From: Acanthaster planci
Lineage: Eukaryota
DNA length: 64,000 bases
Assembly (NCBI RefSeq): GCF_001949145.1
Contig: NW_019091360.1
Location: 1,547,599-1,611,598, forward strand
Direction of reading: 5' to 3'
The notes beneath the pieces are model-generated. The model saw only the letters and a list, made by a program, of their open reading frames with translations, searched no databases and was not told the DNA's origin. The translations under genes were made by a program, and so were the position numbers. Below are positions 48,578 through 62,700 of the stretch, in pieces. Position 1 is the first letter of the stretch; each line of letters opens with the position of its first letter.

Positions 48578-51500
48578 GTAAGTCTTATGGCGATTTGCTT
48601 ACGAAATTCAGGACAGAAATTCAGAGTTCTTACCCCGTGCGAATTGTGTAACGTTAAGCGATTGAGTAACTCAAGGTATCGGTAGGCCTAACTGTAGCCT
48701 GCCTGCTACCCGCAATTCTACAAAGTATCTCTGTCTAGTTTTCATTCTTCGTCGATGAGTGTTTAGTTTATCTGGAGAATTTCAGTTCGAAGAAAATGTG
48801 GAAATGTTTTCCTTAAAAGTGCATACTCCCAACACTGTTTCTCAAACTTAGTTTCCTTGGCCTTTGCAAAATTCAACAAATTGTCCAAACTCTTTCCATC
48901 TCCTCACAAATATTCTTAGATTTGTATAAGACATATTTTGAATAGTTTATTATTCTTCATAGGTCATTTTGTTATTCTCTCAGCCTCTGTACAAACTATT
49001 GGCAGTGTCTCAATTCTACAAAGAACACAGCCTAATTTGTGTTACTCTTTTTGATGTTCATGTATATTGTGCAAATTACACATTTTTACCTGAACAAAAC
49101 ATCCTGAAAGTAGAAGCTGATAGTTCTATGTTATTTGCATTTATCAAACATGCATTTTGCCACTGGAATTATTACAGACATTTTGTACTCCAAAAACTCA
49201 CAGGAATATTAGAAATTAAAAGCATGAGCACTGTTTCTTTGATAAAGTTAAATATTTAAGTTGACATGGATAGGGTACTTGAAAAGTTGAATAATGAGAA
49301 CAATATAAGGGGAAGTGACTGTTTCAAAGGTATTTCACCGTGATTTTGTTAATGATTAAATTTGCAAAGCCCAGTATGGATGCAGCACAGAGGGGACATG
49401 CACTTGTGGTTTGTACATTTTGTACCTTGCGGTCGGTCGGCTGTTTTTCGAAAGATGTGAGCAAAATACCGACAGTGCATATACCCTGTGGAATGGGGCT
49501 TACCTGAATAACAAACACCATTCAAGGCATTCATCAGCCCTCCCTAGAAGTAAGCTACAGTGGCATGGGGGTCGGTCGTTGTGAAACCAACACATATTCA
49601 ATCAATGGGTAACGAGGTGTCACCAGAACGCATTTGTAAAACCTCCAGTGAATCCACCATAGAGTTTGGATTTCTTTGACAGGCTGTTTCTGACAGGCTC
49701 CATTGTATAATGTACATTTGTTGAGGTCTTGGTCATTCAGAACTGGAGTTAAAAAAAAAAAGCTACAACAAGAAATGATTTCTTCAAACTGTTTATCCCA
49801 TAAATTACTGCAGCAGATGAATGGAATAAAGCTGAAATGAATGAAGGCCAGCTGTCCTCAGCATCTAGAGCTTTACCTTTTATTTGCTTTCAACAGTTCA
49901 TTCCTGCACTTATTTGTTCAGTGTCTCATCGCAACATGCAGGCTTTTTAATTAAGAAATAAAGAATGCGTACATCTGAATTGTTTTTCATACTGCAAAAG
50001 GTTGTTGACTCCAGGTCCAGTTCGAATTACGTCTAGACCAGAGAATTCTGTTTCGAATGAAACTCAACACCAGTGGTCTATTTGTTATGTTTTTAGCTTC
50101 ACCGGTATGATTCAAACTACCCTCTGACGTATTTCTCTGGTGGAAGTGCAAGAAATAAACCTCTGCATTGGTTTGACATCCTTAGTAACAACATCGGTTG
50201 GCAAAAGTGGGTTTCCTGCTTTGCGACAAGAGAAATACATGTACCTCGGTGCATTAACAGCCTCACATGTACATGTACCTATATGTACATGTACATGTAG
50301 GAAGCAACCGCATAGAGATCTGTTGACAGCCACTCTCTTCCTTCCTTCCATAGGATGTCTGTGGTTGTTCTGGATCACTTTTGAATCTGTGCGTTTGTGG
50401 AACCAGAACAAATATTTTGGCTTCTGATTTGGTTATTGGATAAGGCACATGTACCGAACTTTATGCATTTTACTTTATGAATCGGTTTGTTTGTTTTTTT
50501 TTTCTTGGAGGAGGTGGGATTTCTAAAGATACTGTATGCCAGAAAATATTCTGTTGTTAAACATTTTGAGGATAATGACTTCCATTGACTGTAGAAAATC
50601 TTTGTTTATTGCTTGTGAACACTTTTTGGGAGGTGGGAAGTGGAGTTGTACGGATACCCTGCAGACTTGTACTGTAACTAAACCCATTCATACTGGACAA
50701 TGCTTGACACCTTCTTTATTTATTTATAACCAAATTACACATATGAAGTTGATTGTGTTCGGGATCGGATCTTGCATTTAAAAACAGTGTGCATTGTACC
50801 ATACATGTACATTAATTTTCATTTTTTCTTGGCGTGAGCCTTGATGTGGCAGCCTCTTTAGCATTGGAAATATCTTCAGGTCCATACAGTTCACCGGGAA
50901 TGAAAATGTCTGGGGGGTTGGCACTGAAGAATGTGGACCCAAGTTCACAGTGTCACGAGTGTTTATTTGTTAAGGCTGATTTTAACTTTGCGATCTGTTT
51001 TCTCTTTGCTGTGAGCCATCTTCAGGGTTGACCTTTTCTCCCGTAATGAGTGACCTTAAGAGATAATTCCATGTAATCAGCAGGCCTCGGCTGTGTAAAT
51101 CTGCCTCCGCTCTAGCGTCCTCCTGCAAGGTGTTGCCTCAATTAGTGAGCTAAACCATGGAAATTAAAGGGTATACATGTAAGTTTTGACTTATTGAAAG
51201 TTGCTTCCTGAAGAGTCTCGATGACAGCAGTGTTAAAAGTGAGGCACGAAAATCGTGAATGGAAGTTCTGTTGACGGAGTCTGTGTCTCAGTGAAAGGTG
51301 TAGAGCCACTAAGTTTGAATTCATTTCTTCCCAGAGGTTACATGTACATGGTATCGGTATATTTGCCTCGTGCATTCTGCATGGATTACAATTCTCAGGA
51401 AATTCCCTATTTCAATCACCTCAAATGTCCTTGTTTGCAGCTGAAGTTTAAGTTTATTGGAAATGCCCTCTGCGATGTGCCCACCTTTGTTTGCCATTCC

Positions 51501-54500
51501 TTGGACGGCATTTCTGTCAAGCAGCATTGTGTTGGGCCTCAGCAGTTCAAAGTGTACTGTAACAAGTCATCCGGTTCGGGGGAATTCTTGTATTGTGAGC
51601 TTCACCACCGAGATAAGAACCTGTGGCCTTTGCACCATAAGCAAACAGTCCTGCCTGAATGGTGTACCTGCATGGAAGTGTTGAAGAGGAGGACCTGCTA
51701 TGCAGAAAATAGGGAATAACCCTGTTATAGTGTTTGGCGGCAGAAGTACTTGTACATGACTTCCAACCATTAACATGTTTTCTTTTCATTGTGTCTGATG
51801 TACTCTGAGAATACCTACATGTACATGTAGAACGAATGATAGAGTACATGTCAAGCATTCATGTTTCACATGTATGGGCATGAAATTGCAAGAGTCGTAA
51901 AGGAATTGTCCCAATAGGCATACAAATTCATTGTGCATAGGAGACCTCAGTTTCAATGAGTTAATATGTAACAGATTTAGTCCAGTACCCTTACACTGAC
52001 GTCAGACCCAGACCCTTGCTAACAGGCGGTACCTTGTTCATAAATGGTTTGTGGCCAGAGATCTGCATATTTGTTTGGGAGAATTGCCTTCAGGCAGAGT
52101 GTCAACAGCTCTTAAAGATAACGCTATCTGTACCTCGCTGCAAAATAGATTTTTTCTTTTGTGCTTAGAATTTATATTTATAAAGTAATTTATATTTTGA
52201 GGGTTAAACATGAGCGATGAGCTTTTTTAAACATTTTTAAATTGAAAATTTGATTGAAAGTGTCATAAATTCTGTGACGTTTGAAAGTTATCACTACAGA
52301 AAGAGTAAGCAAATTCTACTTTTGCTCTGCACTTGCTTATCATGCAATTACCCAAATCTCGTTTGGATGATAAGCATCAGGAAATTACTCAGACATCTCT
52401 TCAAATGAATTCTGCATTGATTTAAATTACTTGTAATACTGGCCTAATTGAGTAGTTGTGCTTGGGTATTGAGTTGAATAAGCCCTCTTTGCTCGTACAA
52501 GTAAAATTTCTTCTGGTCTCATTTGTATCGAAGCTACCATACCAACTTAATAGCCACAAGCGCAATGTATGAAATTCAATTTTCCTGACGTTCCAGTCTG
52601 TTTACAGCGTCTATGTTGAACAGCTGTGTGAACTTTATCATCATCTGCGTCCCTCATCATGTGTGACTGGCCTCTAAATGCCATCTCCCATATGCCATCA
52701 CCATTCATATTCATACGAGATCATAAATTACCTTCATCACTGTCTCCATTTCTCTTGGTAATTTCTTCATGACCGGCGTGGTGGGATACCGGTATCCTGC
52801 TCTGGGGAATGAGTCATTTGTTGAACGGCTGCAGCAGATCAGTTGCACAGGACCAGCGATCACCACAATGTGATACATTGGTGACCGGTGGAGGAATGCT
52901 CCCCTAACTTTACCTAATCAATTCATGGAACTGCATCTGGTGTTTAATACAAATCTTCCGTCTGACTCAGAGATTGTGAAACTTTATTTCACACAAGTCT
53001 CTGTGCATCCTCTGTGCGTTCAGCCCTATCCTTGAATCAGTTCATCTGTGACTACTAATTAAATGCTGACCAAAATTAAGTACATGTATAGATTCATAGT
53101 TCACCGAGTCTATGAGCAGCATTGTTCTGTTCTTATTGGCCTTTCCAGCTAACTTTCCACCAAAGGGGCCCTCACCAAATTGCTAGAAATTTCATTAAAT
53201 ACTAATACCAGCTACGGGTGGGACCTTTACAGGTTGAAATGAAAAAAAACTCCGAAATCTGTTTACAGATTTTCCCAAACTTTTAAATGGAACCACCGCT
53301 TTTAGAGGTTTGACGTTTTGATCGACGCATTCTGGCGATCTTTTTATTGTAAATGATGCCTGTAAAATGTAATCTGCCTTTCGGAACACTTTACTACTTG
53401 GTCCTATCAAAGGAATACCTTGAATGCATCGACGGAATTTTGTGTCAGCCATTTAGATTGTATACCATTTGTTTTGTTTAAAAATTTACTCTGATGCCGT
53501 GGTAAGGGTGGAACCTTTACACATTTAAACATTGAAATGGTACGGGAGAGTTTCCTTAATGTTTTTCACAATTACATGTAAATGTACTTTGTAAATTCCC
53601 ACCAGCCTACAGCAGGAACTGACTTACAGTAGCTTGGACAATTGTCACTTTCTAATGCTGAACGTTTCAGGGAGAGTTCCAATTACTAGTAACATCAGTT
53701 AGAGTCTCCCCATACTCATGCTCTTTCCTCAAGGGTGTCGTCCTCGGTGAAAAGCCATCCTGGTGAGGGTGTGTACTGTAAATTAATTGTATTGATCCAC
53801 AGTGTGCAGACCCTAACCTTGTCCGAGGCTGTATTGCTTTGCTGTGTACATGTACATCTGTCATTTACATACATGTACTGGTATGTTGATATTCTCTGAC
53901 TGTGCTTTTTGAATTCAGCTTGGTATTCAAAGTTCAAAACCCAGCAGTGATAAGGATGTTTCTCTCCGATCAGTGTAATGTACACCACAAGTACACCAAT
54001 GTACATACCACTTCCTGAGGATTGCTGGTAACTTTTTGAGAACGAACAGCTTTTCTCATAAAAATGTAACGTACACTCCAGACCTGAAACAAAAGCGAGC
54101 AATGTGTGTTCTCCAAATACTTGTACCATAGTCGGGCATTTAGAAGTTCAAAACATTTGAAAGTAAACAATGTGTTCACTTTCCCGTCTCGTGTACATCT
54201 AGAGTAGGTAGACCTTTGTGGAATTAAATTAAGAGCAACCAACTGTGTCATTGTACCTGGGCACTCGGTGGTGACTAATCCAGTTATTTTTAAAGCTCTC
54301 TCACCTGGTTTTGTGGTCATTCTGAAAACATGATGTTAAAGACTAGGAAAAACAACAATCTTAGAAATCCCTTTCTTCAACTGCCAAGCTTTTGAAGTGC
54401 AGCCCTTGGTGTGATCTGTCTTTAATGAGTCTCCTGGCCTTGGACTAGGAAATTTATGTACCCTGACCCAGCACGTGTAAGTCTCCCATTCAGAGTAATT

Positions 54501-55132
54501 GGAATATTAGATTAGGAAGAGGGTAACAAAACAGGACACATTACCAAATCCATGACTGCTGTTTTCTTGATCAGTAGTTTGGAAAAAAGATTGGAACTGG
54601 CTTGTACAGGTGGCATCCCTTGTCTTTGATTTATTTTTTTTGGTGAAAAGGGCTTAAATTGGGGAGTGTCTCACTATGAGTTTCAGGGAAACCTTACACA
54701 ACTTGTAAATAATAATGTGGAATTGCGCTCCGCACCATTGCTTCACAGAACGTGGGCTGCCTTGTACGAATGTTAACCCGGTTCAAGAAACACTGGGGAT
54801 TCAAGGCATGGCCGTGATGCCCCATGAAACAGTGTTCCGCTTGACTCCTCATTGGTTAGTACCCAAGGCAAATCTGCATGCAAATTAAATCGTCAGTTTC
54901 GGGATTGTCTGGCATGGTGACGTAGTGCCTCCGTTCATGTGTTGAAATGAAACCAATCAGTGAACTTCAATAAAGTCATTTGTTTATTGTGATTCCAACT
55001 GTTGGTATTGACGTTATTTACATGTATGTACATGTACCAGCCTTCAGAGGAATAATTCTATTACAATTTAAAGCTTTTCCGCATTTCATCACAGACCTAC
55101 ATGTACATGGTACTGTACTTACACATATCTGT

Positions 55133-55525
55133 TGCTGTGGCCTGGTGGTTAAGAGCATTGGATTTGTAGTCAGCGGGTACATGTAAAGCTGCATGTTGTG
55201 GGTTCAAATCCATCCCGGGGTCATGGTGTGTATGTCCTTGGGTAAGGTACTTTCTCCCTCCTTGCTTCTTTCCACCCAGGAGTAATTGGGTACACATGTA
55301 CCTGCAAGGGCTGAGATGGTTATTGTGATTGATTTAGCTGCTGTGTACTGAAATACACGCTATATACGGTACTTCCCAGGGATATTGTACATGTATTTGG
55401 AACCCTAACCACAACGAATTTCAAGTTTTTTCAATAAACTATGTTGGATACAAATGATATTAAATAAATGAAATAAAATTCATGGGCCCAGTGAGCAGGG
55501 GTAATAATAATGGAAAGTGCTTTGA
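55133..55525 (+). mobile_element. tRNA-derived SINE, copy C
   Basis: gtggcctggtggttaagagc A-box, gggttcaaatcc B-box, body ccacccaggagtaa.tgggtac...agggctgagatggt. Confidence 0.7.
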
Positions 55526-55765
55526 TCTCAGTTATAAGAGCTAGATATAAAAACCTGTTCTTAATGTTATTCCCTCACCAGAAACAAAGGGAGAAAAGGA
55601 GAATCTGGTCACTGTGGGTGCCGGGTTCCCATAAGGAGACCAAACTTTAGTTAACACGTACACGTATTGTACCCTCTGTGCCCTTGACATACATGTACAA
55701 GCATGCATTTATAGGCACATCAGGCAGGTGTGGTACATATACCGTATGATGCTGGAACTCAACTG

Positions 55766-55952
55766 TTAAGGCCGGTTCGCTCTTCGCGCGAAAGCAAAAA
55801 TGAATGTGAATTCGTAACGTCGGATCAAATATTCAAATTATTCACTCGCAAAAGTTGAACACATTTCAACTTGAGCCAAATTTTGCTGCAGATCTTTTGT
55901 GACGTCTATTTGCTTTGCTTTTGCATTTGCCTTAAGTATGAACCAGCCTTTA
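55766..55952. mobile_element. Degenerate MITE
   Basis: taaggccggttc ... gaaccagccttta termini with an internal aagttgaa/ttcaactt palindrome. Confidence 0.5.
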
Positions 55953-56106
55953 TGGGGGTTGACTAAACGGTCATTCAATCTCACTTCAGATAGCTGTCTT
56001 GTTTGAGATACCGGGAGACATCAGTGGCCAACTACATGTATACTAAATGGACTAGAACATGTGTAATGTACCATGTGTTAAACTTTCAGTGACATTGCTT
56101 CATGTG

Positions 56107-56705
56107 TTAAGCGGTGTTCCCATTGGACTTTTTTTGGTTAACTCACTGTGACTTTCCTGTAAATTACAAAATTAAATCCAATGAGAACACACAGTTAACA
56201 AACATCCCTGTCAACTTACCGCAATCGGAATGTAAAACTAATAGGCCGAAAAGGGTCATGGAAGATTTCCGCACAGCCATGGTAAGTTACATGTAGCAGG
56301 GCCACAAAAAAGTCCAGTGGGAACAGTTCCCATACAATGTAGATTGACAGTGACCATGCTAAACCTACGAACCAGACTACTGCCTACATAGAAATTGATA
56401 GCGGGCACGCGGATATGGTTGTATGGTTCCCAGTCTTCATGCGTACAATACATGAGCATGCTGAGCACACACAGTGAAGTGAATTTGTCTGATTTTGTCA
56501 TTTTTTGGTCGGATTTTGCCAATTTCGTCATGATTTGTACAGAGCAGGCGATGTACCGTAATCAGCTGGTCTTAACAAAGTGTATAAACGTTCTGTTACG
56601 ATAAAAAAATTCCACGTGGGAATGCCTGGTAGATTGACATCAAGGAATGTCGTGGTAAGTTTCCTTTTGGACGCAGAAAAAAAGTCCAATGGAAACACGG
56701 CTTAA
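56107..56705. mobile_element. Non-autonomous TIR DNA transposon flanked by TTAA
   Basis: ttaagcggtgttcccattggacttttt ... aaaaagtccaatggaaacacggcttaa (two mismatches). Confidence 0.75.
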
Positions 56706-59700
56706 GCGACAAATTTTTATGAAGTGTTGTTGTGCATTAACCAAGTTCCACATGAGTTCACAAACAATTTCTTTCTTCTGTCTTAAATTTCTACTCATCT
56801 TTGTATGCTAAAGGCGACATTTTCTGAACCTTGATATCTTGCGAAATGGGGACAGCGGGCAAACAGCAGGCATCCGGTTGTAAGCCGCAGTGTCTACCCT
56901 GTTCCCGTTGTAGCTTCTTTGTTTATTTACCTTGACATCATTTGGACAACTCAATTCTCCAAAGCCTGTGCATTGCCTTTACAGACCCTGTCTGCTGTGG
57001 TACTTTGCACTGTAAAACTACAAAGCCAGTGACCATAATTTCAATAGCAAAAGTAATAGTACCATGCACCTGTGTAGTGTATCCCCTCCCCTCCCAAAAA
57101 AAGAGGGGGGGGGAGAAAACATGTAATAAAAGACCAAAAAAGGTAGGAAAATGAGAAACCACAGCAAATAAGCATCACCTCTGTGATAGTAACTCATTGT
57201 GTACAAACCTTCAAGCGTGCTGGTAGAAGTGAAAATTGACAGCCTACATGTGTACAAAAGCCGGTGGGCAGTGGCTATAAGCTCACCTACCCAGAAACGG
57301 CATAAAAAAGGCAGGGCAAGATAAAGGCAAGCTGAAGGCAGACTTTTGGCTCGACACAAAGGCAAACTGTAGATCAGGTACCGGTATTTTGTCGGGACAG
57401 TTTTTTTCGGTCGTGATTTTGTGGATTGTGGAGTTTGTTGACTGTTCTGATTCAAGGTAATCCAGCATGAAGTGTGTACATGCTTGTGTACACGTACATG
57501 TACAGGTAGCCTGATCAAGCCACAAATATGCTTGGAGTTGTTTTCAGGTTCTCCCCCCCCCCAAATAGTTCTACTTTGGTTACCCTATTATGAGTATGAC
57601 CCTAATTTTACAGCCTGATCTGAACCTTACATGTATCAGAAAGTTAAATAAGATTTTTTAAAAATAGAAAATAAATAAGATAAATCCTGTCATCTTTTCT
57701 GTCTTTATGAAATGCCTCCCAGCAATCTTTTTACAGTACATGTACATGCACATCAGAAACGGGCTTGTATTGTTTGGTTTGCTCACTTTCATTTGCTATT
57801 ATTGAGAAGAAACTTCCATTTTGACAAGTTTTCTTATCGCGGTGATGAAAACACATGCATATATAATAATGCTGGCTATGAAGCAATGCTTCACTGGTTC
57901 CCGCCGATCCATACACTATACTAGTCTTGGACCGGCCAGACGGCGTCATTCTACTACTCACACACGAGGAGTTGCGGCTCGAAAAACATTGATGGAGAAA
58001 GATTTCTGCAAATCAATTCACAGAACTCGATCTTTCTTGCCTACGCATGTTTTCTGTGTTTTTTACTGTGAGGTTGTGTCGCTTGTACTTGAAGTGAGTG
58101 TGTTTCTACAAAATTAATAGCTGTGACAAGAGGTTCATCAGTCGCCCAAAATATCCTGTACACGATGCACAACCATTGTTGGCCAATTCCTATTTTGACT
58201 AGAGCATTGCGCATAGTGGCGTGCATGACCGGATTTTTTTCTGTACCTTTCAGGGCACAAGTGGAATCACACGTAGTCCAGTCTTAAATTTGTACGTACA
58301 TGTACATAACTGAATACCTCATTCAATCAGCACAAAAATGCTCCCCCCCTCTCGAAAATCCCACCTAAATTGCATCCACCTTCTTTTTGAAGGGCATGTA
58401 ATTGGAAGCAGAACTTCTTTTCTGATTGAAGTGGCGAGGTTTTCTGGGGGGGGGGGAGTCGAAGGAGGGTAAGTTGAAAGATTTCCAATACCATGTTATG
58501 AGGTAAACTTGTAATCCTGAGTTGGTCCCAGGAGGGAAACAGGTTACAGTTGGGCAAAAGAGATCCACAATGTGCGGTAATTTGGCCATCCTTTGGGGTT
58601 AACATTAAGGTCAAGAACATGTGGAGGTTGCTTCACCCTCAAGTGATACTTTTTGTCTGTCGGTTCCCCCCCAAAAAAGAAATCTGTCCTGTGAAACCAA
58701 AAAGAAGCCAGTGTCAGCAACTCTAGTGATTAATGTGTTCATGCTTGTTTATGTCAGTTCTGTTTGTTGAACTTTGACGAAAAGCCATCAATTTGTCAAC
58801 TTCCGAGGGGAAAAATGCCACTTAGAGCTGTAAGGTGTGTGTGGATCCCCTTCAAATGCAAGGCCCATTGATTTGTGCCCCACATAGAAACGGCACATGC
58901 GACCCGAAACAGTTGTAAGAAAGAAAGACTGGGCTGTGAAAAGCAGATTGAACTTGTTTGTTTGTTCTGAAATAACCTTCCTGGGTTTGGTCCTTGAATG
59001 TTGTACAAAACCTATTGTGTATTGCCCACGTGCAGACGCTGGGGTTTTGCCCAGGTCTTTTTTTTTTTCATTTTAAGGATTCCTTGAAACCGAAACAAAA
59101 GCCATTGTGAAGTCTAGCCATTATTTTGTTTGGATAGCTAAACTGCGGGAGTCATTACCACCAGGTTGGATGGACACAGTGTATACGGCTTCATTAGAGC
59201 CCTACTTGTGTACATGTGATGCACGGAAAATCTCGGTTGCAAAACCAGTTTTATTTGGTTCCTTTTCAAGATCCAAGTTGTATTTTTCCTATAGATTAAG
59301 TTGAAATTGTTAAGCTTCAGTTTTAACCTCTTGGTTGAAAGGGGTCCTAATCCGGCTGAAAATGGCCTGTATTGTGTCAGTTGCATGCAGCCAATTTGCC
59401 CCGATTAAGGCTAATTTATTTGCATTGCTAAGTTGTGCTTGAAATCAGTTGAAACTTGGGAATTCATTTATGGAAATGCATTGATCCCCCCAATCTCCTC
59501 CCCATTGCAAACTCGTTTACAGGAAGTACAATGTACACATGCACATGTATGTTGATCATTCAAACACCATTAGAAGATGTATTCTCGTGACTGTACCTGC
59601 CTCGGTCCTGCAGATTTCCTCTCAACCTCCTGGATGAGTTTGGGTTGAGCTCCTGGGTAGTTGTTGGCTTGCGCTGAGCACATATCAGGTTGAATATGCC

Positions 59701-62700
59701 CAACTACAACCTATTGGTAACTTTTTGTTGATCTACCGGCATATTAAAGTTAAAACTTCAAGGGACGTTACAGGGTGAAGTTGTGAAGCATAGCCTTAAA
59801 TTCATGAGAATATTTGGGAAGTTTGTACCTTTCTTTCCCCCTTGGATATTGAGTTTCTATTCAATTAACCTGTACTTTTCTTGACAATTCAGAGACAGCT
59901 GCCCATGTGCAGTAGTAGATCAAATGCTGGTCCCATCAGCAATGAAGTCATTTGTCGGCCATTTGGTCCCTTTGGCTACCTGAGCAGCACAGCATTCTCC
60001 CATTAGTGCATTCAGCCCTGGGGGGAACGCAGAAGGCCACTGCCTTTATACAAGACACCCCAGGTTCCTTGTGGCAGCTGTCTTGTTGACCTTGGGGGGA
60101 GCTGGGGGATGGGTATCCCTTGGGGCCCCTGCTGCTTTGTCGTCAGGCTGGGGCTGTTGGCTGCTTTTGACTTTGTGTTTGCTCTTCACCACTTACATGA
60201 GCATTTACCTCCAGTTTCGCCTCCCTTGTGTCCTTGCCCTATTCTCCAGTAACAGACACAGCTAAAAAGACATTTTGTTTTTTGTTGTTTTTCAAAAATC
60301 TGTTCCTTTTTTCATTCCATTCCACTTTGAAAGCTCTGTTGCTGTAGAAGGAGATTTACCCAAAGGAAACTCTTGAAGCAACAGAATCTTTTTGTTTGCT
60401 AGAACTAAAACTGAACTCTTTGTGTATGTATATGTACATGTACATAGGCCCACATGACCTGCCATATCTGTAGGGCATAGCCCTGAAATCGGCATAAAAA
60501 CTCAAGGAAATACATGCACAATGTACTGTACATGTACGGGGCTTTGAATTTTCAAGGAGATTGTCCAACGAAGACAAAACTACTTGAGAAGAATACGGCA
60601 CCTGAGAGACAAGTCCTTACGTTTGAAACTGTTGATGTTTCAGATTCTGACGTCAGGCCCAAACGTTTACACCCGTTGAGAGTAATGTAGTGCGCTTTCA
60701 ATAAACCACAGAGTATTGTACTGTACAGCCAGGCCAAGAACTGCCTTCACATTCCCTTACAAGGTCTGCCTTCACCTTCCAAGGCCCGCCCGCATTACAT
60801 ATCAGGCCCCAGACTGTATTTACTATGTGCATTCTTGTCATGTCAGATTGTTTTGATCTTTGCTGTTGGGGGGGGGAACAGCATGCAGATTTCTGTTTTT
60901 TTGTTTTGTTGTTTGAAACCAAAGGAGTGGTCAGAATTGCTGAGTGGGGTCACAGGCATCCCGAAATTTATGGTTTGTTTGATTTGGAAGTTTATGTCCT
61001 TGTGTACATCGTCATTAGAAACTTCTTCCATGGTGTAATTGTATGTGATTGTATATTACATGTTCGTGTACATGTATAATTTACAGAATGATTTAGAGTG
61101 TATTTTTAGAATCGCATAAACGGAACTTCTTTGCCCGGGCTGAACTCGGACAGTGGAGAGCATGTCAGATTTATGAAAAAAAAAATACAGTGTTATATAA
61201 GTGTTTGTGATAATAGTGTTTCAATTTTGTCAACATGTTGAAAAGCTTGTTTGGTCAAGTTAAACGCAGCATGCACATTCGAAACTGAAATTTAGAAACT
61301 TCTAGGACCTTGAGTTGAGATACAATTGAAGATTTAGTAGATCCACAGAACCTAACCGGAAACTTGAGTACAGTAAGGCAGGGGCCGTCCCGCCAAAACA
61401 GATGCATTGTCTGTAGTTTATTGTAGGAACCTTTCCAGGTGACTCAATTTTTTTTCGTGTCAACTGACCCATGCCGGGATCCAGGTATGCATGGATGTTT
61501 TACACTGTCCCAGCCGTGCGCAGGTGCCTCACAGCAAAATACAGCGCAGGCTTTGCTCACAACTACCGGTACTGCACACACACTTAAACTTCAGTTTCAT
61601 TGCTTGCACCGGTACTTTGCCGGTTGCAAGTTACGTTCGTTTAAGACTGGTTCAGGAGAATGGACGCTGATAATGTCCCTTACCTCCAGCTCGGGCCGTC
61701 ATCTGTATCAATTCTCCTGAGCGTTAAAGACCGACCAAGCACGCATTTATTCCCATTCATACATGTACATGCACGTATATGTACATGTACCCTCCAAGTC
61801 AGACAGTTACAAAACTATAATTCGGAATGACTTTGACAATTTTTTACTGCAGTTTTTTTCAGATCGACCCCCCCTCTTGCCATATTATGGTATGTGCCTC
61901 TTAAGAGCTGGTGCTTATTAACAGTTAAAGGCCGGCCACATGAATGGAATGGCTAAACTGTCCTAGGTATTCATGAATAAGTGTTAAAAAGATCTCCCAC
62001 GGCATATTCTGAGGCACAGTCATGGCACCAACCAAGGCTTATACGACAGTGCCGCAAATCTAAGCCACCCATAGGAATGATATTAGTGTGGTCTATGGTT
62101 ACTGCCTAGTTTCAGCTCAAATGCATAGTCTTTTTGAGGGGAGCAGAAATGTTTTTGTCACCCAAGCGTTGATCAAAAGGCCTGTTTTTCTCCCAAGTGC
62201 ATTCACTGAGCCTGGGAGCCCTGCTGACATGTTGACCTGGGATCCGAGTCCCACAACAAGTGATTGTAACAATAAACTGCTGGTAGTTTTTTTTGGTGAG
62301 TTGGTGTCTTTATTATGGCTGCCTGTCCCGCTGAAGTAAGGTTAATTTGAAGTCTGAAGGCCTCTGTTGGAGTTGCACTGAATGGCTGGAGTGAAAACTT
62401 CCTGAGAGTGAAAAGTGTACAGTCTTGCAAGCTTCGAGTGAAATACTGTTATGGATGTTAAGAGTGGATGTGAGGTGTTACACGTTCATCACATTACATT
62501 AGGGCTGTGTTATTTGAAACCAAAGTCCTTGTCTTCTGGTGTACTTACATATGTATCAGCTTGTCAAATTAAATTTCAAGATTGTGCGTTCCAACTGTAG
62601 AAAGTGCTTCCAAATTGTAATAACGTGCAAATCTGTACAATTATTGGTCTTCCAAATCATTTGCATGTGGAATGACTACATGTACCGTAGGCCTACCGGT

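Noticed and set aside
50140..50427. LCIG motif as a possible exon 2 of EGFR-like gene 2
   Set aside because: No acceptor in phase and no further similarity to L1.
51255..51719. 154-aa Cys-containing ORF
   Set aside because: No domain pattern or supporting splice structure; intronic.
59950..60270. GC-richer stretch with minus-strand splice-like signals and a hydrophobic plus-strand ORF
   Set aside because: Stops break the longer frames, no recognisable homology and no partner exons.
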